Shown in pieces: positions 52,625 to 64,000 of a stretch of 64,000 nt of DNA. Position 1 is the first letter of the stretch. Every line of letters begins with the position of its first letter. The translations under genes and the position numbers were made by a program. The stretch lies in contig OZ024743.1 in the NCBI GenBank assembly GCA_964016885.1, positions 8,804,001 to 8,868,000 of the forward strand, in the 5' to 3' direction. The notes under the pieces were generated by a model. That model ran no database searches and was not told where the DNA came from. It saw only the letters and a program-made list of their open reading frames with translations. This DNA is from Eledone cirrhosa (lineage: Eukaryota).

Positions 52625-53290
52625 CTCTCTCTCTCATATTTTTACTTATACACTAAGAAACATGTATTGAATGAAAATTAAATGATATTGTAATTAAACA
52701 ATATGTTATGGTGGTGACGTCTGTCTTCCAGTCATTAAAGACGAGCTTGTTAATGGTGTATATCTAGTTGCGTTTGAAACATGAAGAATTGTTTATAATG
52801 TCATTATGTATTGTGATATATAAAAGTGTATTATAATTAATTGTAAGTATTATAATATTATAATATTTCATAATTAATCAAAACAATCCCCAACTCTCCC
52901 CTACCAAAGAAGGTCTCGCCTGCTGCCTTCTTTTTCAGTAAATAAAACTCTTGTCAATTGCTTTAGACTCTAATCTTTGATGTGACTTCTGTAGAGCTAG
53001 CCATTCTTATGTTTTGACAGTGAAGCTTTTTAACTATGGACACAATGCAATTTCAACTACAGGATATATTTAACTTCAGCTAGTTTCTGGTACCCTACCA
53101 ACTAAGACATCTTTGTATTTATGTGTTTACAAATGAAAATTCTAAATTGTTTGGATTAATAACTTTGTAATAGAAAAATATGTGTATGAATTACATATTT
53201 AATGGTTTAATTTTTCTTTTCACCTGCAATTGTGAACAATAACCTAATTTGTCATTGAACTCAAAGGTGGTGGATTGGCAGAATCTTTAA

Positions 53291-53502
53291 CACTTTAGCA
53301 TTTACATTACTCTATATTTACTATTGTATTTTTGTGGTAAAGGCGTTATTTTACATAATTATCTCACATCGAATCTAGAGAATTTGTTATTTATTTTGAG
53401 AACAATACTTTAATGTCAGTGTGAGTGGTCGGTTACAGCTGGTTTGAATAGAAAGAGGTGAGAGAATTCTGGCAGGATATGGCTGGTTTAAATGTTAAAG
53501 GG
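53291..53502 (-). mobile_element. piggyBac-derived MITE inserted into a SINE (53263-53635)
   Basis: TTAA at 53287-53290 and 53503-53506; SINE head lies before it, B box and body after it. Confidence 0.8.
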
Positions 53503-54102
53503 TTAAAGTGTGTGACAAAATATTTTGCTGTATTTAGTTATGACCCTTTACATTCTGAGTTCAAATCTGACTGAGATCAACTTAGCCTTTCATCCTTCAA
53601 AATGGTTGATAAAATAAGTACCACTCAAGTACTGCAGGCAACCTGTTTAGTAATGAGCAGTTTTTGAACAATGCATTCCAGCATGTACCACATTTGTAAA
53701 GATGTGCCTCATAAGTACTTGTTGGCAATATCCATTATAGGAGATGAGGAAAGCTCTCAAAGAAGGGTTGAGTCTACTGTGCCAATAACTGTTTTACTGC
53801 ATACATCTTTAACAATTAACAATTTTGATATGACTATATTTCCGTATATAATTTTATAAGCTATATTCTAAGTGGTGAAGATGACGAGACAGGATGCTGG
53901 CCGGTGCAATAATAAGAGTAGACTACCTCACTGTTATCTATCTGATAATCTATAAAAAAATATATACTGTAATATATATAGGGGGTCACTTCAGCCCCCC
54001 CCCCCCCCCCCCCCCCCCCCACACACACACACAATTATTCATATGAAGTCAATGATAATCTATTTTTTTTTTATTTACAGGGAGCTGCTCTACTAAAGTA
54101 GT

Positions 54103-55046
54103 ATGAATCCCACCTTATCTCTCGAGCAGCTTCTTGCTGCTACTCAACAACAACAACAGCAACAGTATGAAGACAATGTTAGACAAATGCAATTAAGTAC
54201 GCCACCACCCACTCAGACCAGTGCCTTTTCTGAGCCAGAGTCACTCATTCCATCATTGTTATCTCAACTTTTAGCTCCCCCATCACCTCCTTTAGTGTCT
54301 ATGGCATCAGGTTCAATACCAGAGTGTTCAGACATTACAATGTCAACAGAACAGCTACAACCTTCCTATTCAAATACACCGGACCCAATTGAAACATCCA
54401 TTTCATCAACTGATCAGCCAGAATTAAAAATGCCCTCACTGTTAGAAACACCGGATTCATCTGCATTACTATCATCGTCTGAGTCACTGACATCAACATC
54501 AATGCATCAGTCAGTTTCATCATTAACATCACTGCTGTTATCATCGTCTCCGCCTCCTACAAGTAAACCTGAGGCTTCAGTTTCCTATTCAACTGCCTCA
54601 TCTCAGTTATCAGGATTGTTATCAACAACAACAACTGTTCCTCAGTCTACAGATACTGTACCGGTATCATTGCCATCATCATTAGTTTCACCTGTGTCGA
54701 CATCAACTTCATCACCATCATCAACATCCACATCAACAACTATAACAACAACCACGACCACCACAACAACCATATCATCATCATCATCATCATCATCGTC
54801 ACCAATTACTGTGCAATCACCAGAAGCAGCAATTGCCTCCATAATGTCTGCAGCAAGCCGTATGATATTGCAGCATCAAGCTGCAGGACTTTTATCTCCT
54901 TCAGCTGCACAACAGTATTTGGAAATGATGCGGACACGAGCAACAAACTACGCTACAGCAACAACTGCAGTGCATCAAAAATTACTTGATGATCTCAATG
55001 AAGAACTAGGGAAACTGGCTAATGATGGTGTTGAAGAGAGTGTCAG
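54103..55046 (+). CDS. SBNO1: Strawberry notch family gene, first coding exon (Ser/Thr/Pro/Gln-rich N-terminus); exon begins at 54081
   Basis: Acceptor ttttatttacag at 54080; in-frame TAA upstream of ATG 54103; 315-codon ORF; donor AG|gtaaat at 55047 in phase 2, matching the phase of exon 61947. Linkage to the downstream exons is inferred from phase only; orthology to SBNO1 is uncertain. Confidence 0.7.
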
Positions 55047-55264
55047 GTAAATATGATTTTTTTCTTCTACTGATTTACGTTGAGCCACATATCCTATTAA
55101 TTATAGGATTTAGATAATGTTATTCCTCCATCATCTCTTTCAAATCTAATAATGCCAGAGATGTACCATTGTTTTTCACAAGAATACTATGGTGTTTTGT
55201 ATATTTCTTTTCTAAACTATAGCATATGTTGTTAATTAGTTAGAAATATTAAAATTAAGTGGCA

Positions 55265-55985
55265 TCATACAGCTGACGCAGAAAGGTGATTTACGACTTG
55301 CACTTGATATGTTTAATGTTGAGTGCTGCATGGCTGGAATGAAAATCAGTGCTGTGAAAACTGAAACACTTGTCCTCTCAAGGAACCCCGTGCAATGCAC
55401 TCTACATGTGAATAGAGTTCCATTGAAGCAGGTGGAGAATTTCATGTATCTTGGGACCGTGTTCACGAGTGATGGAAGGCAAGAGGCTGAATTAAGCACA
55501 ATCATTGCAGGAGTTGGTGCAGTAATGTGCCAGCTTCAACATTCGATTACCATAAGAAGGGATATAAGTGTGAAAGCCAAATTCGCTATCTTCAATTCAG
55601 TATTTGTGCAAACCCTTACCTATGGTCATGAATCTTAGGTAATGTCCGAAAGAATGCGATCGCGAATAGAAGCGGCCAAAATGGGGGTCCTCCGAAGGGT
55701 CTTTGGAGTAACATAGTTGGAGTGTTTAACTCGGAGATCAGAGAGCCACTCCAGGCTGCTACTTTTCTGAATTGAGAGATCACAGCTCCAATACTATGGG
55801 CATGTGGTTAGAATGTCTCAGGAAAGAATCACTGGACATATTTTATGGGCAAAACCAACTGGCAGGAAACCCAGGAGTAGACTCTGAGTTTGCTGGTTTC
55901 ACTTGGGGATCCAGCCGGATCAGTTGGAGACGGTTGCTTCTGACAGGCCCTCTCAGGAATAAGTGAGCAAAGAAGAAGAAGAAGC
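55265..55985 (+). mobile_element. Degenerate RTE-type LINE 3' fragment (third family), (GAA)n tail, intronic
   Basis: GMKISAVKTETLV...LKQVENFMYLGTVFTSDG...LTYGHES; no PHD insert. Confidence 0.85.
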
Positions 55986-56459
55986 ATCATATCCAGCATA
56001 TATTTGGTTTTGGTTGTAACTGTTCTACACCCATTTATGCATGCTAGCATGGGTGGTAAGGTGTTAAATTCAGAAGGTGTGTACTGTTGGAACAATTGTT
56101 TGTACAGTTTCATACTCTTTCAGCTGACTTCTTAGTGAAATAGGAGTGGACTCTATTATCAGCAAGTTAGACTGAAGCAAATATATAAAATGATGTTAGT
56201 CCCCAGTCAAGTTATATAACTACTGGTCAATAATGCCATTGTGTTCTGTTAAGATCACCATTTAGAAATGTAGAGGACAAATCATCTACTCTAAGCCTAA
56301 TTTACAAAATAGAGTTCTACCAGGTTATAAAAGCTGAGAAAACAGAGATTTATGGGTTAATCAATTCCCTCATAATGGGACCACCCAGATCCCAAAATAC
56401 AGTAACAGTCCCGATATTGTGTAAGGTATGGTGCGGCCATCTGGCCAGACTTGGTTCGT

Positions 56460-56815
56460 GTCTGACACATGTGGACATGCTTACAAAGTCAGAAAACAGC
56501 ACAGCTCCCATGACTTTCGGAAACATTTTTTCACGCTTAGAGTTGCTGAAGCATGGAACAAACTGCCTGCATCAGTTGTTAGCTGCCGAGATACTGCATC
56601 CTTTAAAACCCTCATGCTTCCCGAAATTCGCTAAAACTACACCTGATGTCCCCCTTCCATACACATGCACACATGTGTATATCATGATTCATGCTCTGTT
56701 CATTTTCTTGACGTTTGTACATTACCTTATGTACTATACATACCCTTTTTATGAGTTGTAGTGCACCTGAGCACTGTACACAATATTTTCATTATTATTA
56801 TTATAATAATAATAA
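56460..56815 (+). mobile_element. CR1 LINE 3' end with (ATT)n tail
   Basis: TCGHAYKV...RKHFFTLRVAEAWNKLPASVV...SFK, the classical CR1 ORF2 C-terminus. Confidence 0.8.
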
Positions 56816-56819
56816 TATA

Positions 56820-57015
56820 GAGTGGTGGATTGGCAGTATCGGTAGAGGGTCGGACGCCATGCTTTGACGCATAGAATTACGGCCCTTGCCATTCTGAGTT
56901 CAAATCCCCCCCGAGGTTAACTTTGCCTTTCATCCTTACGGAGTCAATAAAATAAAGTACCAGTAATGCACTGGGTAATTGCTGGCCTTGTGCCAAAAGT
57001 AGAAACAATTATTAT
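56820..57015 (+). mobile_element. SINE (second family)
   Basis: Matches 35970-36155. Confidence 0.85.
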
Positions 57016-57296
57016 TATTATAACAGGACCACCTTGTAATACGACTCCACAATGAGTAAGGCTTGGTGTGGCCAACTGACCAGACCTCCTTCGTAGTGGG
57101 ACCACCCAGCTCCCAAACTATGGTTCTCTTATGAGCATGGTATGGCACAGCCAACTGGTCTGTCCTTCCTAATAACAGTGCCATCCAATTCCACACTATA
57201 AACATGGTTAGTGTTAGGTATGGCATCCATCTGTAAAAATCCCAGCCAAATTACAGCTCCAAATGAGCAATGTACGGCATGGCCAACTGGCCTGAC

Positions 57297-57620
57297 TTGT
57301 CTCACGGCTTCGGCGACCCATCTAACCCACACAAGCATGGAAAGTGGACGATGAAGATGATGAAAGCAATGTTTTTTCTCAGAATTATGTGTATTAAGAG
57401 TTCCACCATTTTGTTACCATATTTCTGATGAAATACACTGTATATCAATTAATTGAGGAAGACTTGTCTCATGTCTTCGGCGACCCATCTAACCCACACA
57501 AGCATGGAAAGTGGACGATGAAGATGATGAAAGCAATGTTTTTTTCTCAGAATTATATGTATTAAGAATTACCATATTTCTGATGAAATACACTGTATAT
57601 CAATTAATTGAGGAAGACTT
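57297..57620. repeat. Local ~170-bp tandem duplication
   Basis: ttgtctca..cttcggcgacccatctaacc...ttgaggaagactt occurs twice. Confidence 0.85.
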
Positions 57621-58818
57621 TTAAGGGATTTACTAAAATTATTGATTATTCAGTTATGAGGTTAACAAATAATTTTTTATATAAAATTATGTTGGAAGAT
57701 TTTCATTTAAATAGAAACTCTTTAAAATGGTTTTTGTTTCAGTTTTGGCTGGGTTAGTATTGCATTACCTACCACTCATAGGTTGTGTGTTCATATCTCA
57801 TTTCTGGTTAGAGAATAAGTATCAGGTTCTTTGGGAAAAATTACTTGCAATGGACTAATATCTAATCAGATGTGTGCCTTCAATATATGTTGTCCCCTAA
57901 ACAAGAAATATGACCCTTCCTGTCTCGGTTTGCCTTCCTGAAAATTGACACTTACTCCCTAGAAATTAAGGCAGTAATATAAATTCTAATAATTTATAAA
58001 TGAATAATCAAACTTAAAAGAAATGAAAATCTTACACATCTTATAGAAAGTGATGTTATTTGCCATTAAAAGTTACAGGACCTCATTGATACAGTACTTA
58101 TCTCTGGATATCATCCACTTGAATTGTGATGTGGGTCTATTGTCAATAACATTTCCTAAAAGATCCTGACAACTAAATACACTAAACACAAATAAATAAG
58201 CGTTACAATTACAACAATGAATAGTATATTACCGTATCTATCTCACCAGTACATCACCAATGCAAGTATATACACAGTAAAAATTGATTATTAATTGAGG
58301 ATTCAGAAAATTAGAGTAAATTTTATGTTGAAGTCGAAGTTATTGCCATCATCATGATTTTCCATCCACTTTTCCATACTGGCATGGGTTGGACATAAGT
58401 TTTGATAGTGTTTTACAGCTAGGTGCCCTATCTGTCATTAACACTTTTAGTTGCCTCTTATAACAACCAGGGATATGGTGTACCTATACTAAAAACCTAG
58501 TTTTTATAATACCTAGTGCTTCAATTATTATTAGTACTGTTTTCACATACACCACAACTTGCTTATTTTAATTTCAAAATCCTTGTACTTTTGACAGTTT
58601 CTTGACATTAAAGTCAGAAAAATTGAGATGTCTTTCAGAGTATTGACTTTGTTGTTTCAGTCTTTGACAGTTTGTCACAATTTCTTTGTTAGTTTCGATA
58701 GACATGCCCCAGATGATTGCTACCGAGTTGCCATATATGTGTTTAATATATGTTTATCATTTCTTAAACATTTTCACGTTGAAGTGTTTGTGTGTTTCCT
58801 ATTTCCCTATGTATATAG

Positions 58819-59100
58819 TGGAGATGTGTGGCCTAGTGGTAAGGGTGTTGCACTTACGATCATAATATTGTGTGTTTGATTCCTGGGTTGGGTTGTGTGT
58901 TATGTTCTTGAGCAAAACGAGTTATTTTATGTTCTTGAGCAAAATGAGTCATTTCACAGTGCACTAGTATATACTCAGCTGAAAATGAGTACCAGCAGTA
59001 GCTGGGAGTTTAACTCTGCAATGGATTGCCATCCTGTTCAGGCGGGAGTCTTGTACTCTCAGTTGCTTGATGCCATGAAACCGGGATAAGCACTGGCCTA
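58819..59100 (+). mobile_element. tRNA-derived SINE with another 3' body (reverse copy at ~43890-44045)
   Basis: tggcctagtggtaagg A box, ttcttgagcaa, cagctgaaaatgagtaccagc...gccatgaaaccgggataa. Confidence 0.7.
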
Positions 59101-61946
59101 ACAATCCTTTTAGCTTAAGATAGACTTTAGCTGTGAATATAGCTAACAGCTTGATTGTGTCTATGAATATACATGGATTTGGTAGGAACAGGGCAACTAT
59201 TGTATTGATGGCTTAGTGTGGGCTTGGTGTTAGCATTTTTCTTTATAATTATTGGTATTAGTCCTGCCTAGCTAAAATCACACATTCCATATTTTCTTTT
59301 AGGCCAGAACCTCTTTAGGCACACTGTTGGCTTTTACTCTGGCTTATAGCCTATCTATCTAGTCTCATGAGGGTATTGATCATGGTGTTTTTCTTTGGAA
59401 TTCTCTTCTTATATTATTATGTAGTAGTTTTATTTTTATTGCTTGATTTCATTGCAATATTGAGCTCAACTCTGTACATCTTGGGTATATGCAGTTGTTC
59501 TGTTTTGGTTATATATTTTTTTCTTGTATTGAAAATACTCTATGTAATATGTGTGCCACACGTGTTACTTTTTGTATATTGGTTTTGGTCATGTCTTTGT
59601 GTGCATATTTTAAAATTATTCTTAAGGCTCTGATTATTGTAGAGATTGTTTTTATTTTCAGTCCACACATTTTGATTACTGGTGTTTGGAGCATATCTTA
59701 ACAAGGGTTCTTAAATATAATTATGATAGAATATTTTAAGATAAATCAAAATACTTTAAATAAACGGCTTAGCATTGTAGAACCAGGGGTGGTTTCTGGT
59801 GCTTTGGTATAGAAAGGTTATATCACTTTTTTCTGTTGGTATTTTACAAAGTTAGCATAACTTCTAGTATTTGAAACCCACAGCTGTCACTAGATGTACC
59901 TCCTTCCCCATAACAACAATATTGTTAAAACATTATAAGTAATAAAATATTAATAATAAATGCCATACCATTAGCCCCAAACTACTTGTGGAGTAATAGG
60001 AGTGCCATCTTTGGTATTTTAAACCTGACAGAGTTCATTCCTATCTAGGTTATAACTAAGCTGATTTCTTCCAGAGAAGGAAAGATAGACATAGGAATAA
60101 TTAACTCCAGTACTGGACTGATACTTTATCAAAGTTGGAAGTCCGAAAGGCAAAGTTGTTCTCAATAAGATTTAAACTCAGAGCTCAGAGCTGGAATAAA
60201 TACTGTAAAGCATTCTCTCCATTATTCTAATGATTCTGACATTTTGTTGCCTATTAATAATAAATGACAGACGTATGAATTGAAGATGTAATAAAGAGGA
60301 GAGACTGTCAATATTGAGTTGTTCTCTTATTTGAATAGATTTGTTATTTACTTGACATATGTTCTGTTTGAATGGATTTGTAGTAAGTCATGAGTATTCT
60401 GTACAGCTAGTGTGCCTAACATGTAGGTATTTTTGTGGATTTCACAATGATATTTGTTGTGATGTCTCAATATCATTTAAACGTTGCTTCTTATTCTGTT
60501 ATTATATGACAATTGAATTTCATCTTCATCATCACTGTTTAATATTTATTTTTCCATGCTTGCACGAGTTAGCTGAGTTGCCCCATTGTGAGACAAGCCA
60601 GATCCGATGACCATGTCTTGTTCTTACAGAACTGGTTTTGGCTTCGTTTCTATGACTGGATGCCCTTCCTAACTCCAATTTACAGTGTGTGCTGGGTGCT
60701 TTTTGTTGTGGCACCAACAGGACCACTTTATAGTATGGGCTGGGAGCTTTTTGTTGTGTCACACGACCACTTGTGAGTTGAGCGCTTTTTGTTGTGACAC
60801 CTACATGACCACTTTACAGTTTGGACTGGGGACATAGGTGGAGAGAGGTGTGCAAAGATTGGAGGGGTAGATCTCAGGACATGTGTGAGGAGGGCAGAGT
60901 GTTTGGGCATGGGTGGAGTGTTAGGTGGTGGGAGGTGCAAGAAGGGGAGGGGTGTTAGAATGTGGAGGTATATCAAAGGGGGATGGGGAAGGTAGTGCAT
61001 ACAAGATATATGCTTCAACCTGTGCACATGGGATGGTGGGTCTTCTGTATTACTGTATAACACCAGAGATCTCGATCCTGTGTCATCACCTTCGAGAGGT
61101 ACAATTGCGCAAGATCAGCTTTTATCACATCATCCTAAATCTTCCTAGGTCTTCTTACACCATAGCTTCCAACAATTTATTGATGTTAAATAATTCATAG
61201 CTTCTTAGAATGGGAGAAATATAAAAAAAGAAAAAATAGAAAAATATTTTAAAGATGTTAAAAAAGTAATAAAATAGCGATACTGGTAATTAAAAATGAA
61301 GACTTTTATATTATCATCATTTTGTGTACATTTTCCAGGCTGGTATGAGTTTGATGGATTATCATGGTCGGAGACAAGACATGTCGGCTAACTATGTTTT
61401 TCTCATACAATCCATATTTTGACATTGTTTCTAATGCTGGATGCCCTTGTTAATGTCAACTACTTTATAGAGTATATTTGGGTGTATTTTATCAGGGCAC
61501 TAGCAATTTACAGAGTATACTAGGTGCATTTTATCATGGCACTGACACTTGAGAGGTTGTAAAGTCCTCAACTAGATCAAAAGATCCCCTCTATCCTACA
61601 TTATCTCAGTTTTTTGTCAACAATTTTATGTTCTTAACTCTTGATACCAACCTGTTCAAACAGAACAACCCATTTTAAAAGATTATTATTTAAATTATAA
61701 TCTTCCATTTTAATTTTGTATAAGAAGACTATGCTATCTTAATAATTTTAGTAATTACTTCAAAATTCTTCATTAATTAATTGAAATGGTGTATTTCACT
61801 AGAAATATGGACAAGAAAGGGTTAAAATGATGTTAAATATGTATATCACTAGGCAAACAGTATGAAGAATAAGATAACCATTTTAATGACTATTTTTGTT
61901 CATCATTTTATGAAAGAAATTTCAACTTTTCTTTGTATTTTAACAG

Positions 61947-62037
61947 CCAAGAAGTATTTGCTAAGTTTGAACACAGAGAAATCCTTCCTGGTTGCTGTTC
62001 CCACCCTGGTGATATTGTTGAAGCTGGATCACTTGCA
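61947..62037 (+). CDS. SBNO1: Strawberry notch family gene, coding exon 2
   Basis: aacag|...|gtatgt; QEVFAKFEHREILPGCCSHPGDIVEAGSLA resembles the SBNO HPxxVVExxSL motif. Confidence 0.85.
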
Positions 62038-62520
62038 GTATGTATCATATTTTGAATGTAAACTCTAAGGGAACAAAATTAAAACAAAAATATTTGTATC
62101 CTCTATTTTTGTTTAAAGATATATTTCTTAGGCACAGGTGTGGCAATGTGGTTAAGGAGTTCACTTCGCAATCATGTGAATTATAGATATAACCCATCTC
62201 GCCAGCTCCCACACAGACTCTGTCTACCCAGTTCCACTCACAAAGCATGGATCAATCCACAACTTTGGAAAATATACTTCCGAAGATGCTACACAGTGGG
62301 ATACAGAACAGGAATTTCTTAACCACTCAACTATGCCTATATGTCTACAGTATTAACATATATCAAACAATTAAGTTGGGTTATATGTTTGCTGTAAGCT
62401 AGATTTAACAACACACTTCAGAACATTTAATGGAACATTTCAGAACATTTAATATTTATGAGAAATTTTAGATTGGTAAAAATTTATATTGCTTTTATAT
62501 CAGTTATATTTCTTTTGTAG

Positions 62521-62628
62521 TCATTATTACTTCCGGATGCTTGGTACCCTTTGACCAGTGTTTTTCCCCCTGAGAAGTTGAAAAGTGGACAATTAAGCAG
62601 CCTCCAACTTGAAGGGATTCTCTATGCT
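62521..62628 (+). CDS. SBNO1: Strawberry notch family gene, coding exon 3
   Basis: tttgtag|...|gtaagt, phase 0; SLLLPDAWYPLTSVFPPEKLKSGQLSSLQLEGILYA (SBNO LSxLQLExIxYA motif). Confidence 0.9.
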
Positions 62629-63215
62629 GTAAGTAACCAAATCAGTCGCTTTAATAATCAATCATTATACCACCTCCCTGTGCTTATTTATTTAATTTAA
62701 AAAAAAATTATATTATGAGTTTTAGTCATTAGATTCTGGCCATGCTTGGGCATGGCCTTTGCCATATTTATTGCATTTATATTTAGAAAAATTGAATCTG
62801 CTTTCAATGATTACTATTTTAAATGTATGTGCATCAAACATGTGTGTGTGTGCGTATATATATTTTATCTTAGTGCACATATACCATGTTATTTCAGCAA
62901 CTTTTTCCAGCATGAGCTATTTTGTTTCACTTCTACCTCTTCATTCTTTTAGTTGTGTTTGAGTGTATGTATGTGATAGATTTCTGCCTTTATGATGGTT
63001 TGTCTTTTTAATACACGTGCATACGAAATATAGAAGTAATTTATTAGCGTTGTATTGTTGAAATCAGGGGTTCATATTTGCTTATGCCACATTCCTAGTA
63101 ATAACATATTTTAGTTTCATCTGTGCATTCCTTGTTAGGAACACATGAAGTAAAAGAAGACTATGATCTGATGGAATATGAAGAGACTACTAATAAAAGG
63201 CTGTCATCCATTTAA

Positions 63216-63423
63216 CCCTTTAGCATTTACATTACTCTATATATATTATTATAATTTTGTGGGAAAGGTTTTACCTCACTTAATATTGAATCTATGAGAT
63301 TTTGATATTATTTATTTTGGGAACAATACCTTAACATCAGCATAAGTGGGCATTTACGGCCGGTTTGAACAGCAAGAGGTAAGAGAATTCTGGCCGGATG
63401 CATCTGGTTTAAATGCTAAAGGA
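63216..63423 (-). mobile_element. piggyBac-derived MITE (intronic)
   Basis: TTAA|ccctttagcattt ... aaatgctaaagga|TTAA. Confidence 0.8.
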
Positions 63424-63484
63424 TTAAACTGAAATAATAGTTTCAAGATTTGTATGATATTCTATGACTTATTTGCTTTTGTAG

Positions 63485-63571
63485 TGCCAGAAGCATCAAA
63501 CAGTCTTACCTAATGGGCACCGGGCTGGTTTTTTTATTGGTGATGGAGCTGGAGTTGGCAAGGGACGACAG
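63485..63571 (+). CDS. SBNO1: Strawberry notch family gene, coding exon 4 (P-loop of the helicase-like domain); gene continues beyond the window
   Basis: tttgtag|...|gtgagt, phase 0; [29 protein letters not shown] carries the signature [10 protein letters not shown]. Confidence 0.92.
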
Positions 63572-64000
63572 GTGAGTATTATTATGTGACATTTTATTTC
63601 TTGTTTGAAATATTACCCTATCATTTCAGTTTATTTATTAATTATATTTATTTCCTTTTCATTGTTACTGTTTTTTTACATAAATCATTTTGCACTGGGA
63701 TATAACTGTTGTGATATTCAAATAGATAATTACAAAACATGATAAATGGCATAAGGTTTAGCAATTGTGGTTTCAACATTTCCTACTTTGTTGGAAATCG
63801 ATAACCTGTTTTATAGCAGCTCTTAGGAATATGTCTTGATTTTAAGATCATTCAACGCATTGCTACAAAAAATGTGAGTGGAGAAAACACATTTTCTATA
63901 TTTACTGGAAGAAAAATATATTGCGAATATATTGTTTTGATACTAGGCCATCTGAAATCAATCTGGGTTCTACAGTCACAAAGCTGCTTATTTTAAAGTG

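Noticed and set aside
59180-59990. Strand-skewed segment as a decayed Penelope ORF
   Set aside because: No RT or GIY-YIG motif could be read.

Overview
Eukaryotic (metazoan) genomic DNA, AT-rich and repeat-dominated. The SINE repertoire and kb-scale (TA)n arrays suggest a cephalopod mollusc such as Octopus (inference). The window has two zones. About 1-33.4 kb is a dense pile-up of young, 5'-truncated retroelements, each embedded in long degenerate (TA)n/(TATG)n arrays: RTE-clade LINEs with a PHD-like finger inside ORF2, CR1-group LINEs, tRNA-derived SINEs, a Helitron with a nested piggyBac, and several short non-coding islands carrying type I hammerhead ribozyme motifs (Penelope-like/retrozyme ends, two as fold-backs). 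About 33.4-64 kb holds older SINE, MITE and Tc1-mariner relics, a 32-bp minisatellite grown from a SINE, and the first four coding exons of a + strand strawberry notch (SBNO)-family gene that runs off the right edge. The many 'YIYI' ORFs are microsatellite artefacts. Most interesting: multiple unrelated hammerhead motifs at (TA)n sites, a candidate -1 frameshift signal in the CR1-group LINE, and a SINE assembled from two RTE 3' ends. All alignments and RNA pairings were done by eye and repeat boundaries are approximate.
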